Assembly: GCA_946638615.1 (NCBI GenBank)
Contig: CAMPBO010000002.1
Span: forward strand, 5,746-69,745
Direction of reading: 5' to 3'
DNA length: 64,000 nucleotides
From: an uncultured Candidatus Saccharibacteria bacterium
Lineage (GTDB): Bacteria; Patescibacteriota; Saccharimonadia; Saccharimonadales; Saccharimonadaceae
Part shown: positions 1-9,089 of the stretch, piece after piece
Layout: the number at the start of each line of letters is the position of its first letter
Numbering within the stretch: the first letter of the stretch is position 1
Position numbers and translations under genes: made by a program
Notes under the pieces: generated by a model
Told to the model about the DNA's origin: nothing
What the model saw: the letters and a program-made list of their open reading frames with translations, nothing else
Databases searched by the model: none

Positions 1-229
1 CTTCGGCCACCTCATTGATATTTTCCGTTGAAGTTACATCGCATTTATAAGCTTCCACCTTTTGAGCTCCCGCTTCAATCAACTTTGGTTTGAATTCTTC
101 TAGTCGCTCTACTCGCCTTGCCAAAATCGCAAGACTCGCTCCCTGACGAGCCAAGGCTAAAGCCATTTGTTGCCCAAGCCCAGACGAAGCCCCTGAAACT
201 ACCGCCACTCTACCTTTTAAGTTAAACAT
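1..229 (-). CDS. SDR family oxidoreductase (5' part; runs off window edge)
   Basis: Hand translation MFNLKGRVAVVSGASSGLGQQMALALARQGASLAILARR..CDVT contains the SDR GxxxGxG Rossmann motif; AAGGAG RBS upstream. Not in the ORF track. Confidence 0.9.
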   Translation of the reverse strand, partial: MFNLKGRVAVVSGASSGLGQQMALALARQGASLAILARRVERLEEFKPKLIEAGAQKVEAYKCDVTSTENINEVAE

Positions 230-306
230 TACACTCCTTTCTTTCTTCTATTATAGCAAAAAATAAAGCCACAGCAAATTCCCATTTCAAAACTTTCCTA
301 AAATAC

Positions 307-336
307 AAAAATCCCCGGCTGGCTGCCAGGGATTTT
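307..336. terminator. Intrinsic terminator-like hairpin
   Basis: AAAAATCCCCGG-CTGGCTG-CCAGGGATTTT directly after the stop of the 353..796 gene. Confidence 0.65.
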
Positions 337-352
337 AGTTTTAAAAAAGATC

Positions 353-796
353 TCACGTATTAACGCGAGCGACACTAATAAATCTACGCTCGACGCCCCC
401 ATCTTCGCCATATGTACATACGTTCTCACACAGCTCATTCTCTTCAATTATCTTGCGCATCGCATAATTACAACCGTTTAAAGGAATGAAATACCCCTGA
501 TCATCTACAGTTATTACCCATAAAATATCTCCAGGAATGTCGTCTGTTTTATTTTCTTCATCAGGCTCTATTGGCTTAATTCTTATAATATTCCTGATAT
601 TGAGAGTAGTGATTTTTTTGAAAACACTACTATCATCACAGCTATAAGCATCCCCTCCCAATCTGACGGAAGGGCTCACCTCGATATTCCATTCTTCCAA
701 GCCAAGCATTGCCTTTAACAGTTCCTTAATTTTTTCGCCATCTTTGCTTATGAACTCCCATGAACACACCATGGGGGAATAATTATCGCAAAACAT
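353..796 (-). CDS. Hypothetical protein (accessory, downstream of tRNA-Tyr)
   Basis: 147-aa ORF with AAGGAGG RBS and its own terminator; no recognisable motif. Confidence 0.65.
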   Translation of the reverse strand: MFCDNYSPMVCSWEFISKDGEKIKELLKAMLGLEEWNIEVSPSVRLGGDAYSCDDSSVFKKITTLNIRNIIRIKPIEPDEENKTDDIPGDILWVITVDDQGYFIPLNGCNYAMRKIIEENELCENVCTYGEDGGVERRFISVARVNT

Positions 797-1051
797 AAAT
801 AATTATACCTCCTTCAAAAATGAGCCTGTCCTAAAGTCGCCCCAAAAAAACAAAAAATCCTTTCAAAAACTTCTAAAATACTCACCTCCTCAATACTGAC
901 TTTTGAGTCGACTGCTATTTTATTATCGCACAGCTAACTTACTTTGTCGAGGCGCTTTCCGCGCGAAGCGCGTCTAGTGGACGAGCAAAGCGCGATTATT
1001 GATCGAGCAAGCACGGAAAAACGCCGAGATGGCGCCTTTCAATTCGGAATT

Positions 1052-1072
1052 TGGTGCTGGAAGTAGGACTCG
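1052..1072 (-). repeat. Exact 21-bp duplicate of the tRNA-Tyr 3' end (att-like / pseudo-tRNA end)
   Basis: TGGTGCTGGAAGTAGGACTCG at 1052-1072 and 1128-1148. Confidence 0.9.
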
Positions 1073-1127
1073 CTTGGAGCGTTAGCGACAACGATGTCCT
1101 GTTTTTTGATGCATTTCCGACAGGAAA

Positions 1128-1212
1128 TGGTGCTGGAAGTAGGACTCGAACCTACGAAGCCCGAAGGCGAGAGATTTACAGTCTCTTGTCATTGCCACTA
1201 GACGATTCCAGC
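1128..1212 (-). tRNA. tRNA-Tyr(GTA)
   Basis: Cloverleaf; anticodon arm AGAGA-CTGTAAA-TCTCT, long variable arm, GGTTCGAGTCC, encoded CCA. Confidence 0.96.
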
Positions 1213-1259
1213 ACATATAATCTTCTGATTATATTTCTCTAACCACCAGCAAGAACCAG

Positions 1260-1336
1260 TGGAGCCGCGACCGGGGCTTGAACCCGGGAACCTCATCCTT
1301 ACCATGGATGCGCTCTACCAACTGAGCTATCGCGGC
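1260..1336 (-). tRNA. tRNA-Thr(GGT)
   Basis: GCCGCGATAGCTCAGTTGGTAGAGC..CATCC-ATGGTAA-GGATG..GGTTCAAGCC..CCA. Confidence 0.96.
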
Positions 1337-1393
1337 AAGAAATACAATCTAGCAATATTGTAACATACTTTTCGCCTTTTTCGCAAAAAATAT

Positions 1394-2185
1394 TTAGATT
1401 CTTTTTCGGCTAGCGTGTACTTTCATGGTTCTAGTAGGTTTACTATGAATAACTTCGCGAGAGACACCAGACTGTCTATGCATTTTTGTAAGTTCGTTAG
1501 GCATTTTCCTTCTTTTGTTTGTCAAAGCTTGCCGTTTTTCCGTCAAGCTTCTCCTTTTCTTTGCTAAATTATCTTTTGTGATTTGCTCTTCTATCCTAGC
1601 AGTTGTTATGGTAGCCGCTTCCGTATCTCCTATTGACTCATAAATCGCTAATATTTGTCTGAGCGTTGTAACTTTCGGATCTAGCTCAAAGGCGTTCTCA
1701 AGCGCTTCAATCGATTTTTTAATGTTACCTAGCTCTTCTTCAGCTTTTGCAAGCGCAATATATCGAGACGGGACATCACCCTCAAGTTCTATTGCCTGAC
1801 GAAAAGCCATCGCAGCTTTCTCATAAGCTCCAGTTTCAAGATAAATTAATCCCACATTATGAATCGAAGCTGGATTATTATCAAGTGATTGCGCAATCTC
1901 AAAACATTCTACTGCTTCATCATATTTCTTACCTTTAGCATATAAAATTCCTAGCCTGTTGTAGGCTGCTGCATTCTTCTCATCAAATTTCAAAATCGTA
2001 AGAAGTGCCTTTTCAGCCCGAAAAGGTTTACGCTCTTTCATCGAAGTCTGTGCTATCTGCCATAATTTTTTCATTTGAGCAGTATATTTTGGCGATTTTT
2101 CTTCGGTTTCCTTTTTTTTAGGAGTAAGCGGAAAGAAAAAAGTTAAATAAATCACAAAAACCAAAATCACAAAAATTGCAATCAT
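1394..2185 (-). CDS. Tetratricopeptide repeat protein, N-terminal membrane anchor
   Basis: TPR units (AYNRLGILY, SIHNVGLIY, RYIALAKA), hydrophobic N-terminus, basic tail. Confidence 0.85.
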   Translation of the reverse strand: MIAIFVILVFVIYLTFFFPLTPKKKETEEKSPKYTAQMKKLWQIAQTSMKERKPFRAEKALLTILKFDEKNAAAYNRLGILYAKGKKYDEAVECFEIAQSLDNNPASIHNVGLIYLETGAYEKAAMAFRQAIELEGDVPSRYIALAKAEEELGNIKKSIEALENAFELDPKVTTLRQILAIYESIGDTEAATITTARIEEQITKDNLAKKRRSLTEKRQALTNKRRKMPNELTKMHRQSGVSREVIHSKPTRTMKVHASRKRI

Positions 2186-2194
2186 GATTCTATT

Positions 2195-2863
2195 CTAGCA
2201 TAAATCCGCCACTAAGTGTAATTTTACATGACCATTTCGCGAAATACTTTCGTATGCATGTAAAAATTTAGGTAGTTTTTGCAAAAATATCTCTTTCCCA
2301 TTTATCAAATAGGTTTTGTATAACATTTCAATTGCGATGCTTAAAACCTCTAATGCTTGTTTCCTAGCAATGTCTTTCTTTTTGGTGATTTCTTCAGCAA
2401 GTATTATTAAATCTGCTGGTTTTGCCACGAGTAATCTTTTTGCAAGAGCTAAATCATCATCGTCTGCCACAATTTTGGCATCAACAGACCAAGGCTTTCT
2501 TATTAAATATAATTTTGCCCGACTTAAAATTGTTGGCAAAATTAACGATGGGGCATCAGTGATTAATATAAAGTGCACTTTGTCTTTTGGCTCTTCTAGG
2601 GTTTTTAAAAAAGCATTCGCCGCCTCTTCATTCATTAATTCCGCTGGACGCACAATAATATACTGATCGGATGTTTGTTTAACTAGTAGTCCTTGGAGTA
2701 CTTGTCGCACTTGCTCAATCGTGATTACATTTTTTTCTTCTGGTTTTAATATGATTGCATTTTTGATGTTTATTTCTATATCTTTTGGCACCACAAAAAT
2801 TGTTGTTCCGCTTTTGCTTGCAATTTTTAAGATGTCATCAATTTTCTCGAAATACACTTTCAA
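2195..2863 (-). CDS. holB: DNA polymerase III delta' subunit-like (short form)
   Basis: ITIEQVR, AELMNEEAANAFLKTLEEP and ILPTILSR motifs; start uncertain (TTG 2863 or GTG 2857). Confidence 0.8.
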   Translation of the reverse strand: MKVYFEKIDDILKIASKSGTTIFVVPKDIEINIKNAIILKPEEKNVITIEQVRQVLQGLLVKQTSDQYIIVRPAELMNEEAANAFLKTLEEPKDKVHFILITDAPSLILPTILSRAKLYLIRKPWSVDAKIVADDDDLALAKRLLVAKPADLIILAEEITKKKDIARKQALEVLSIAIEMLYKTYLINGKEIFLQKLPKFLHAYESISRNGHVKLHLVADLC

Positions 2864-3722
2864 ATTCCTCTGGCACTGGCGCTTCAAACACTTTCCTGAC
2901 GCCACCAGGTAAAGTTACTTCTAAACTTTTCGCATGTAAATATAGTCGATCGCGTTTTTTACCATACACCGCATCCCCAAGAATTGGATGACCTAAATAT
3001 TTCATATGTACTCGAAGCTGATGAGTTCGACCAGTTGTTGGACGAAGCTCCACCAAAGAATATTTATCATTTGACTGCAAAATCTTATAAAATGTCTCCG
3101 ATTCCTTACCTTTTGGATCAACCAAAAACGTAGTCGGTCTTTTCATATTTCGTGCCAACGGCAAATCAATCCTCGCCTCGTTTAATTTTGGTCGCCCCTC
3201 CACTACCGCTAAATATATCTTATGTGCCGTTCGGGCCTGAAATTGTTTTTTCAAAAACACCTGCGTGTCCTCATCTTTTGCCATAATCACCACACCAGAT
3301 GTATCACGATCTAAACGATGCACCAGAAGTCCATATTGTTCCAAAGTATTTTCTGGACAATATTCACCTTTTGCCATACTAAGTAATCCTGACGGCTTAT
3401 TTAAAACCACTACCTTTTCATCTTCATAAATCTTTTCCGGCACTAAATCGGCGTTTTTCATAATTTGAGGAATTTTAAGATCAATTTTAACATTTCGTTC
3501 TACTTTAAAATTTGGTTTTTGAATCATTTTTCCATCCACTGTCACAAAACCATACTCAATAAATTTCTGCAAAGTCGAACGGTTATAGCTCTTATAAATT
3601 TCTGCCATCAAAACATCTAGCCGCACCTTCTCAATTTGTTCTGGCTCCTTTTCAAGTACTCTGTCGCCATTAATCACTCGCGACATTTCTGGCTTACTAA
3701 ACTTTTTTCCCGTTATAATCAT
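2838..3722 (-). CDS. rluD: RluA/RluD family pseudouridine synthase
   Basis: S4 domain (RLDVLMA), NKPSG, HRLDRDTSG, TGRTHQLRVH. Confidence 0.93.
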   Translation of the reverse strand: MIITGKKFSKPEMSRVINGDRVLEKEPEQIEKVRLDVLMAEIYKSYNRSTLQKFIEYGFVTVDGKMIQKPNFKVERNVKIDLKIPQIMKNADLVPEKIYEDEKVVVLNKPSGLLSMAKGEYCPENTLEQYGLLVHRLDRDTSGVVIMAKDEDTQVFLKKQFQARTAHKIYLAVVEGRPKLNEARIDLPLARNMKRPTTFLVDPKGKESETFYKILQSNDKYSLVELRPTTGRTHQLRVHMKYLGHPILGDAVYGKKRDRLYLHAKSLEVTLPGGVRKVFEAPVPEEFESVFREN

Positions 3723-3762
3723 ATAACCTCTTATTATATCACATTTATGCTAAAAAGTCAAT

Positions 3763-4776
3763 CTATCTCAATCTGAATGCTTTTTGCACCTCTAGAAGTT
3801 TAGCGTTTGCAACTTTGTTAGCATACTTTTCACCATCTTCTAATAGCCGATAAACTTCCGCATCATCAATTTCTGCTAACCTAGACTGAAACATTGTCAG
3901 CATCTCCGAAACACTCTCGGCTACTTTCTTCTTTAAATCACCATATTTAGTCTGACCAGCCCAGGTTGCAATTACATCTTGGAGCGGCGTGTCTGTCACC
4001 AATGCCTCAATTTGTAGTAAATTAGAAATTCCTGGCTGCCCCCACATATCAAATTTAATTTTGCCAATCGAATCAGTAGTGGCTGACATAATCTTCTTTG
4101 CTGCCTTTTCTGGCTCGTCATCAAGCATGATTTTGGAATTTTCTGCCACCGTAGATTTACTCATTTTTTTCTCTGGATTTAAAAGATCACGGATTCGAAG
4201 ACCATCCGAAACACCCATAAATTTTACTTGATCAGAAGTTTTAGCTGGCACTGTAAAAATTTCTGCCCCAAAACGATGGTTAAAACGCATAGCAATGTTT
4301 CGTGCAAGCTCAATATGCTGAAATTGGTCCTCGCCAAGTGGTACATATTCCGCATCGTAAAGCAAAATATCCGCCGCCATCAAGATTGGATAGTTAAAAA
4401 TCCCCACATTACAAGATTCTTGGCCTTTAGATTTTTCCTTAAACTGAATCATCCGCGAAGTTTCACCCATCGTTGCCACACAATCCAAAATCCAACACAG
4501 CTCAGAATGCGCTGGAACATAACTTTGACGATAAATATGTACATTTTCATTTACTTTCAAGCCAGCCGCCAAATAATATTTAAATGTCCGAATAATGTTT
4601 TCTCGCAAATCTCCATCCACGTCCGAAATGATCGAATGAAGATCTGGCGCAAAAATGTTTATTTGAGAATCACCCGAGTGTTTATTAGCTAGACGCACCA
4701 TTGGCAAGAGCGCCCCAAGATAATTGCCCAAAGTTAAAACCGAATTAGATCTAATTCCCGTTAAAATAGTTTTCAT
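3763..4776 (-). CDS. trpS: Tryptophan--tRNA ligase
   Basis: TLGNYLG, YPILMAADILLY, GEDQFQHIEL, KMSKS. Confidence 0.97.
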   Translation of the reverse strand: MKTILTGIRSNSVLTLGNYLGALLPMVRLANKHSGDSQINIFAPDLHSIISDVDGDLRENIIRTFKYYLAAGLKVNENVHIYRQSYVPAHSELCWILDCVATMGETSRMIQFKEKSKGQESCNVGIFNYPILMAADILLYDAEYVPLGEDQFQHIELARNIAMRFNHRFGAEIFTVPAKTSDQVKFMGVSDGLRIRDLLNPEKKMSKSTVAENSKIMLDDEPEKAAKKIMSATTDSIGKIKFDMWGQPGISNLLQIEALVTDTPLQDVIATWAGQTKYGDLKKKVAESVSEMLTMFQSRLAEIDDAEVYRLLEDGEKYANKVANAKLLEVQKAFRLR

Positions 4777-4899
4777 TTATTCTCCCTTTTTAAAAATCAT
4801 AAACTCAACGTCTTACTAAAGCGCCAATGCGGTAAAAAAGCTGAATTATACATTTTCATGATTTTATTTTAACACAAAGTATGCTAAAATAACAACATC

Positions 4900-4975
4900 G
4901 GGGTGTTAGCTCATCTGGTAGAGCGCAGCTATGGCATAGCTGAGGTGGCGAGTTCGAGCCTCGCACACTCCACCA
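4900..4975 (+). tRNA. tRNA-Ala(GGC)
   Basis: GGGGTGT..CAGCT-ATGGCAT-AGCTG..ACACTCCACCA with G3:U70. Confidence 0.96.
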
Positions 4976-4985
4976 AAAATAGCAT

Positions 4986-5021
4986 AAAAAGTCCCTGAGC
5001 TTACAGCTCAGGGACATTTTT
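4986..5021. terminator. Bidirectional terminator
   Basis: GTCCCTGAGCT-TAC-AGCTCAGGGAC flanked by A/T runs, between convergent tRNA-Ala and a CDS. Confidence 0.75.
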
Positions 5022-5894
5022 GTTAGAGTAAGATGTGCGAGCGTCGCTATCACAACTCCAGATTGGAGTTATGAAGTCTTCAAGCTTCTCTCCTGGACGT
5101 AGTAGATAGTTTTGCCACTCCGTCCGCACGCTAGTGTCGGTGCTACTAACATCAACATTTTCTCTCGAAATTAACCCCGAAATAACGTAGAGCATAGAGA
5201 TAAGCACATACCATGTATAGTTAGGATCAATTAAATTCCTACGACTCGACTGAGTAGGTATTTTAATTTCCCCTTCTCCGTCAAGTGTGAAGCAATACAC
5301 TAAATTTCCGTCCACGAGAACCATATCGATCCTTACCGCATCGTTAAAACTATGCTTATTGACAAAAACCCCTACATGTTGGTCGGACCCATCGATTATC
5401 CCAAGATCAACGAAGAAATTTGAGAAAGGCAATCTAAAATCCTCCACTCTATACTTGATAACCCTAAGTCCGTCCGAGGGCTGTTTAATTAGCACCTGGT
5501 TAAGTAGCGTCGCTGAAACGAGATAGCTTTGCGCAAGATGCTTCCAAGCCTCAATAGTACGATAGGTGACAAGCGTAAAATAAATCTCCTTTGCCTTCAT
5601 CGTTTGAGATAAATTTTTCAATAGGAAACATTCACTGTATTTTTCAATGCTTCCAAATTCCGTCATGATATTATCATGATCCTCAAAAAATCCCCGCGGG
5701 TCCGTTAAAAACTCCCGCAAAACCGGATTTTGCCTAGCAACCTTAATCCCGAGAGATCCATCAATAGTATCATCGTGAAACTTTTTTATAGCCTCGATGA
5801 TACGTCTTTCCCTCTCACTACTATCTTTAGACCTAACCTTCCCCCTAGGTTTCGACACAAAACTCACTCCTTCATATTTTTTAAGTGCATTCAA
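5001..5894 (-). CDS. Hypothetical protein (accessory, convergent on tRNA-Ala)
   Basis: 297-aa ORF, TGTTATAAT upstream, no recognisable family. Confidence 0.7.
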   Translation of the reverse strand: MNALKKYEGVSFVSKPRGKVRSKDSSERERRIIEAIKKFHDDTIDGSLGIKVARQNPVLREFLTDPRGFFEDHDNIMTEFGSIEKYSECFLLKNLSQTMKAKEIYFTLVTYRTIEAWKHLAQSYLVSATLLNQVLIKQPSDGLRVIKYRVEDFRLPFSNFFVDLGIIDGSDQHVGVFVNKHSFNDAVRIDMVLVDGNLVYCFTLDGEGEIKIPTQSSRRNLIDPNYTWYVLISMLYVISGLISRENVDVSSTDTSVRTEWQNYLLRPGEKLEDFITPIWSCDSDARTSYSNKNVPEL

Positions 5895-5960
5895 AAAAAT
5901 GAACTCTTCATATTATAACATTTTACAAAAATTTAGTCAATTTATGATAGCAACACTTCC

Positions 5961-6578
5961 TTAAATAGCATTTGCAAATAAAACCAAACGATGCGAAGCG
6001 TCGTCATCTTTATACATTGTCCCATAACAAGTCATAATCGCGCGGTCGTATCCATTAGCGTTACGTTCTACGCTCCTCGTTAAAGTTGTATCACCATTAA
6101 GATATCCGTTACTAGCTTTCTCATAAATCAATTTATCCATCACTTGGTATTTTTGAGTTACGCCCGATTCGGTGATTGTAAAAATATCATCTTTTTTCAG
6201 ATTTTTTAAGCTCCCCAATAAACGAGGAGTATTATGAGCATAGATAAACTTACCCGTTCGATAGATATCATAATAACTTAAATTTTCCAACACAATATGG
6301 TTAGTCACTATGGTCACAGTATAATTAACTTCAGGGACTGAAGATTTCGTTGAAACGCCCGCCAGCGGTGCTTTTGCAACGATTTTTGAATTTAAGGCTA
6401 AATTTATTTCCGATTTTGAAGCTATCGCTTCTTCTGATTCTGGAATAGTTAGCAAAATCGTCTCGACCGACCGAGCGTCATTAATTCCAATTATCTCCAC
6501 ACTATCCGTAGCCATCAAAAAACTAGGCGAAAAACTCGCCCCCACAATCAGTAGCAACAAAAAAAGGCATTTCGCCAT
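5961..6578 (-). CDS. Sortase-like protein
   Basis: Signal/anchor peptide; His (YAHN), MTC and Arg (HRLV) spacing typical of the sortase catalytic triad. Confidence 0.7.
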   Translation of the reverse strand: MAKCLFLLLLIVGASFSPSFLMATDSVEIIGINDARSVETILLTIPESEEAIASKSEINLALNSKIVAKAPLAGVSTKSSVPEVNYTVTIVTNHIVLENLSYYDIYRTGKFIYAHNTPRLLGSLKNLKKDDIFTITESGVTQKYQVMDKLIYEKASNGYLNGDTTLTRSVERNANGYDRAIMTCYGTMYKDDDASHRLVLFANAI

Positions 6579-6701
6579 TTCAAACTCCCATTAACGACCA
6601 ATTCTCTTTCAATTATATCAGATATTTTAAAAATATCAAATCGTGTTATAATTACCTCAAGAGAGTATTCTGCACATTACCAATATAGGAGGTATCGTTT
6701 T

Positions 6702-7592
6702 TTGTTTTTAGAGAAAGTGGACATTAATGAAATATATCGCAAGATAAAAGATCCCTATGTACGCATTCTACACCAAGAAAAAAACCTAACAGATCATTCT
6801 TGGTTAAAAATCTTAGACAATCCAAGAACGATTCTTGGGCAAACTATCCAATTGCTTGAGACAGCAAAATCTTCTACGCTACCAAGAGTATACATTAAAC
6901 GCTATAATCTTGATCCTAGTGACATAGCCTACGAGTCAATTGGAGCGCACGCTAATCTGGGCAGCGCACTAGTCGATCGCGCCATCATGAATATTTGTGA
7001 TGGATATCCATCTTATGCAAAACTTGGATATAGTTATCGCCAGATTATGCAGGCTTTTCGGCGACATGATCTTCCAGAAAACGTTATCGGCGACCAACCA
7101 GACGATGGCACCAGAGACGATAAAGCTCTTGCAGTTAAAGAGCATAGATACTTTAAAGCTTACAGTCAGTTATCTCCAAAAAACGAAAATGAAGACGAAG
7201 GCAAAATTCGCCAACTCCTGAAAGAAATGGAAGAAAAAAGCAGCGACATCGGTCGTCTTCTCCATTGCAGCGACAAAACCATAGCTATCATCACAAGTCT
7301 CTGCTACGACTTATTCGGAAAATCTCCAAAACTGGCAAAAAATGCCCCTAACGTGTCCGAAATAGACATCAAGAACATGTCATTTTGTGATTATCACGAC
7401 GGCAACCTCTACAAAGCTAGCGAAATGTGGACTGTGGGTTTTTTCAAAACCAGGCAAACTTTCATATATGACGATTATGGCTTTTTCACGGCCATTTTGA
7501 TTATGGCCACACTTCTAATCAACGGAACTTGGTACGCGTGGCGCGAAAAAGATTACGAAGAATACTCTCTCAAAAGCCCTAGGTTTTCCTAG
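6702..7592 (+). CDS. HD-domain phosphohydrolase (YfbR/5'-deoxynucleotidase-like)
   Basis: LPR..ESIGAH..HDLPE..GD..SDK pattern; AGGAGG RBS. Confidence 0.7.
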   Translation: MFLEKVDINEIYRKIKDPYVRILHQEKNLTDHSWLKILDNPRTILGQTIQLLETAKSSTLPRVYIKRYNLDPSDIAYESIGAHANLGSALVDRAIMNICDGYPSYAKLGYSYRQIMQAFRRHDLPENVIGDQPDDGTRDDKALAVKEHRYFKAYSQLSPKNENEDEGKIRQLLKEMEEKSSDIGRLLHCSDKTIAIITSLCYDLFGKSPKLAKNAPNVSEIDIKNMSFCDYHDGNLYKASEMWTVGFFKTRQTFIYDDYGFFTAILIMATLLINGTWYAWREKDYEEYSLKSPRFS

Positions 7593-7601
7593 GGCTTTTT
7601 T
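7572..7601 (+). terminator. Intrinsic terminator
   Basis: AAAAGCCCTAGG-TTTT-CCTAGGGCTTTTTT. Confidence 0.75.
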
Positions 7602-7641
7602 CATGTTATCTTTCGTGCTATAATCAAAAAAAGGAGGTAAA

Positions 7642-8607
7642 GTGAGTAAATTTGACGACCAGTATGTTGACCTTTGTCGACGCATTTTAGCACATGGTGA
7701 AAAAATCACCAACTACAAAAAACAAGATTCTCGTAGCGACACGGTCGCTTCTGCTATTCCAGATCATACCGCCCAAGGCTCCTCCGAAGCTCGCACAATT
7801 CGTTTGCCTCATCAAGTTCTTCAATTCAATCTTGAAGAAGAATTCCCTATTCTCTCATCAAAACGAGTTGCTTTTAAGACTGCCGTTCTTGAAATCCTTT
7901 GGATTTATCAAGTCGCCAGTAATGATGTCCGTTGGCTTAAAGACCGTGGAATTAAAATTTGGAACGAATGGGAAATTTCTGAATCCGGTGAATATCAAGG
8001 TCGCAATATTAATCAAATTTTTATCGACAAACATCCTAATGAACCAGCGGAAGATTTTGCTCATACAATTGGCACAGCCTACGGCTGGATTGTTAAAAAA
8101 TACCATTTAATTGACAATTTAATTGCAACCCTAAAAGAAAATCCTGGCAACCGCCGTATGGTTTTATCTCTTTGGCAAAACGAGTGGCTTGAAACCGCTG
8201 CTCTTCCTTCCTGCGTTTGGAATTCTCAATGGAATCTTATTGATGGTCGATTGAATATTCTCGTTACTTCTCGCTCTTCCGATGTTCCTCTTGGATTACC
8301 ATTTAATGTGGTTCAATACGCTACTCTCTGTCATTTAATCGCCCATTCTGTCGGCGCCAAACCAGGTCAACTCACTTTTATCACCAACGACGCCCATATT
8401 TACGAAAATCAAATCGACGGCATCAAAGAACAAATTACCCGCTATGATAAAGCCATTAAAGATAGCACTCTGCCCAAAGCCCCCAAGCTCTGGCTTAATC
8501 CAAACATCAAAGACTTTTATGATTTTGATAATTCTCGCGAACTTAAAGATATTAAATTGGAAGGCTACGAGCATCTTGGCGCCATTAAGATGCCAGTTAC
8601 GGAATAA
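7642..8607 (+). CDS. thyA: Thymidylate synthase
   Basis: RRMV, ALPSC catalytic Cys, RSSDVPLGLPFN, DAHIYENQ. Confidence 0.97.
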   Translation: MSKFDDQYVDLCRRILAHGEKITNYKKQDSRSDTVASAIPDHTAQGSSEARTIRLPHQVLQFNLEEEFPILSSKRVAFKTAVLEILWIYQVASNDVRWLKDRGIKIWNEWEISESGEYQGRNINQIFIDKHPNEPAEDFAHTIGTAYGWIVKKYHLIDNLIATLKENPGNRRMVLSLWQNEWLETAALPSCVWNSQWNLIDGRLNILVTSRSSDVPLGLPFNVVQYATLCHLIAHSVGAKPGQLTFITNDAHIYENQIDGIKEQITRYDKAIKDSTLPKAPKLWLNPNIKDFYDFDNSRELKDIKLEGYEHLGAIKMPVTE

Positions 8608-8609
8608 AT

Positions 8610-9080
8610 ATGTTTAGTTTAATAGCGGCGGTTGGCAAAAATCATGAACTCGGACAAAAAGGCCAGTTGGTTTTTCATCTTCAAAACGACATAAATTTTT
8701 TCCGCCAGACCACAAATGGGCACAAAGTCGTCATGGGACGCAAAACTTGGGAATCTCTCCCCAGTAAACTCAAAAATCGCGAAAATATTGTTATTTCTCG
8801 TCAAAATTTCAGTGGCCCAGATCAAATCATCCACAATGTTGATGATTTTATCAAAAAAAATCAAGCTACCAACGAAGAAATCTTTATCATTGGTGGCGAA
8901 GCAATTTATTCCATTTTTTTACCTTATGCCAAAAATCTCTATCTTACTGAAATCGACGCTTCCGCTCCTGCTGATACTTTCTTCCCAAATTTTGACAAAA
9001 CAAAATACCAAAAAACCTTAATCACGAAAGGCTCTGAAAATGAATTAAATTATTCTATAGCTAAATACACCAAAGATTAA
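8610..9080 (+). CDS. folA: Dihydrofolate reductase
   Basis: LIAAV..LG, VVMGRKTWESLP, IIGG, DTFFP. Confidence 0.96.
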   Translation: MFSLIAAVGKNHELGQKGQLVFHLQNDINFFRQTTNGHKVVMGRKTWESLPSKLKNRENIVISRQNFSGPDQIIHNVDDFIKKNQATNEEIFIIGGEAIYSIFLPYAKNLYLTEIDASAPADTFFPNFDKTKYQKTLITKGSENELNYSIAKYTKD

Positions 9081-9089
9081 AGGAGTTTT

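Noticed and set aside
1051-1242. ORF-track ORFs overlapping tRNAs (also 4856..5053, 21387..21626, 62309..62497)
   Set aside because: They are translations of tRNA genes or their complements, not plausible proteins.
4777-4850. T-box or attenuator upstream of trpS
   Set aside because: Only a short hairpin (TTTTAC-CGCATTGGCG-CTTTA-GTAAGA); no T-box consensus, terminator or Trp leader peptide.
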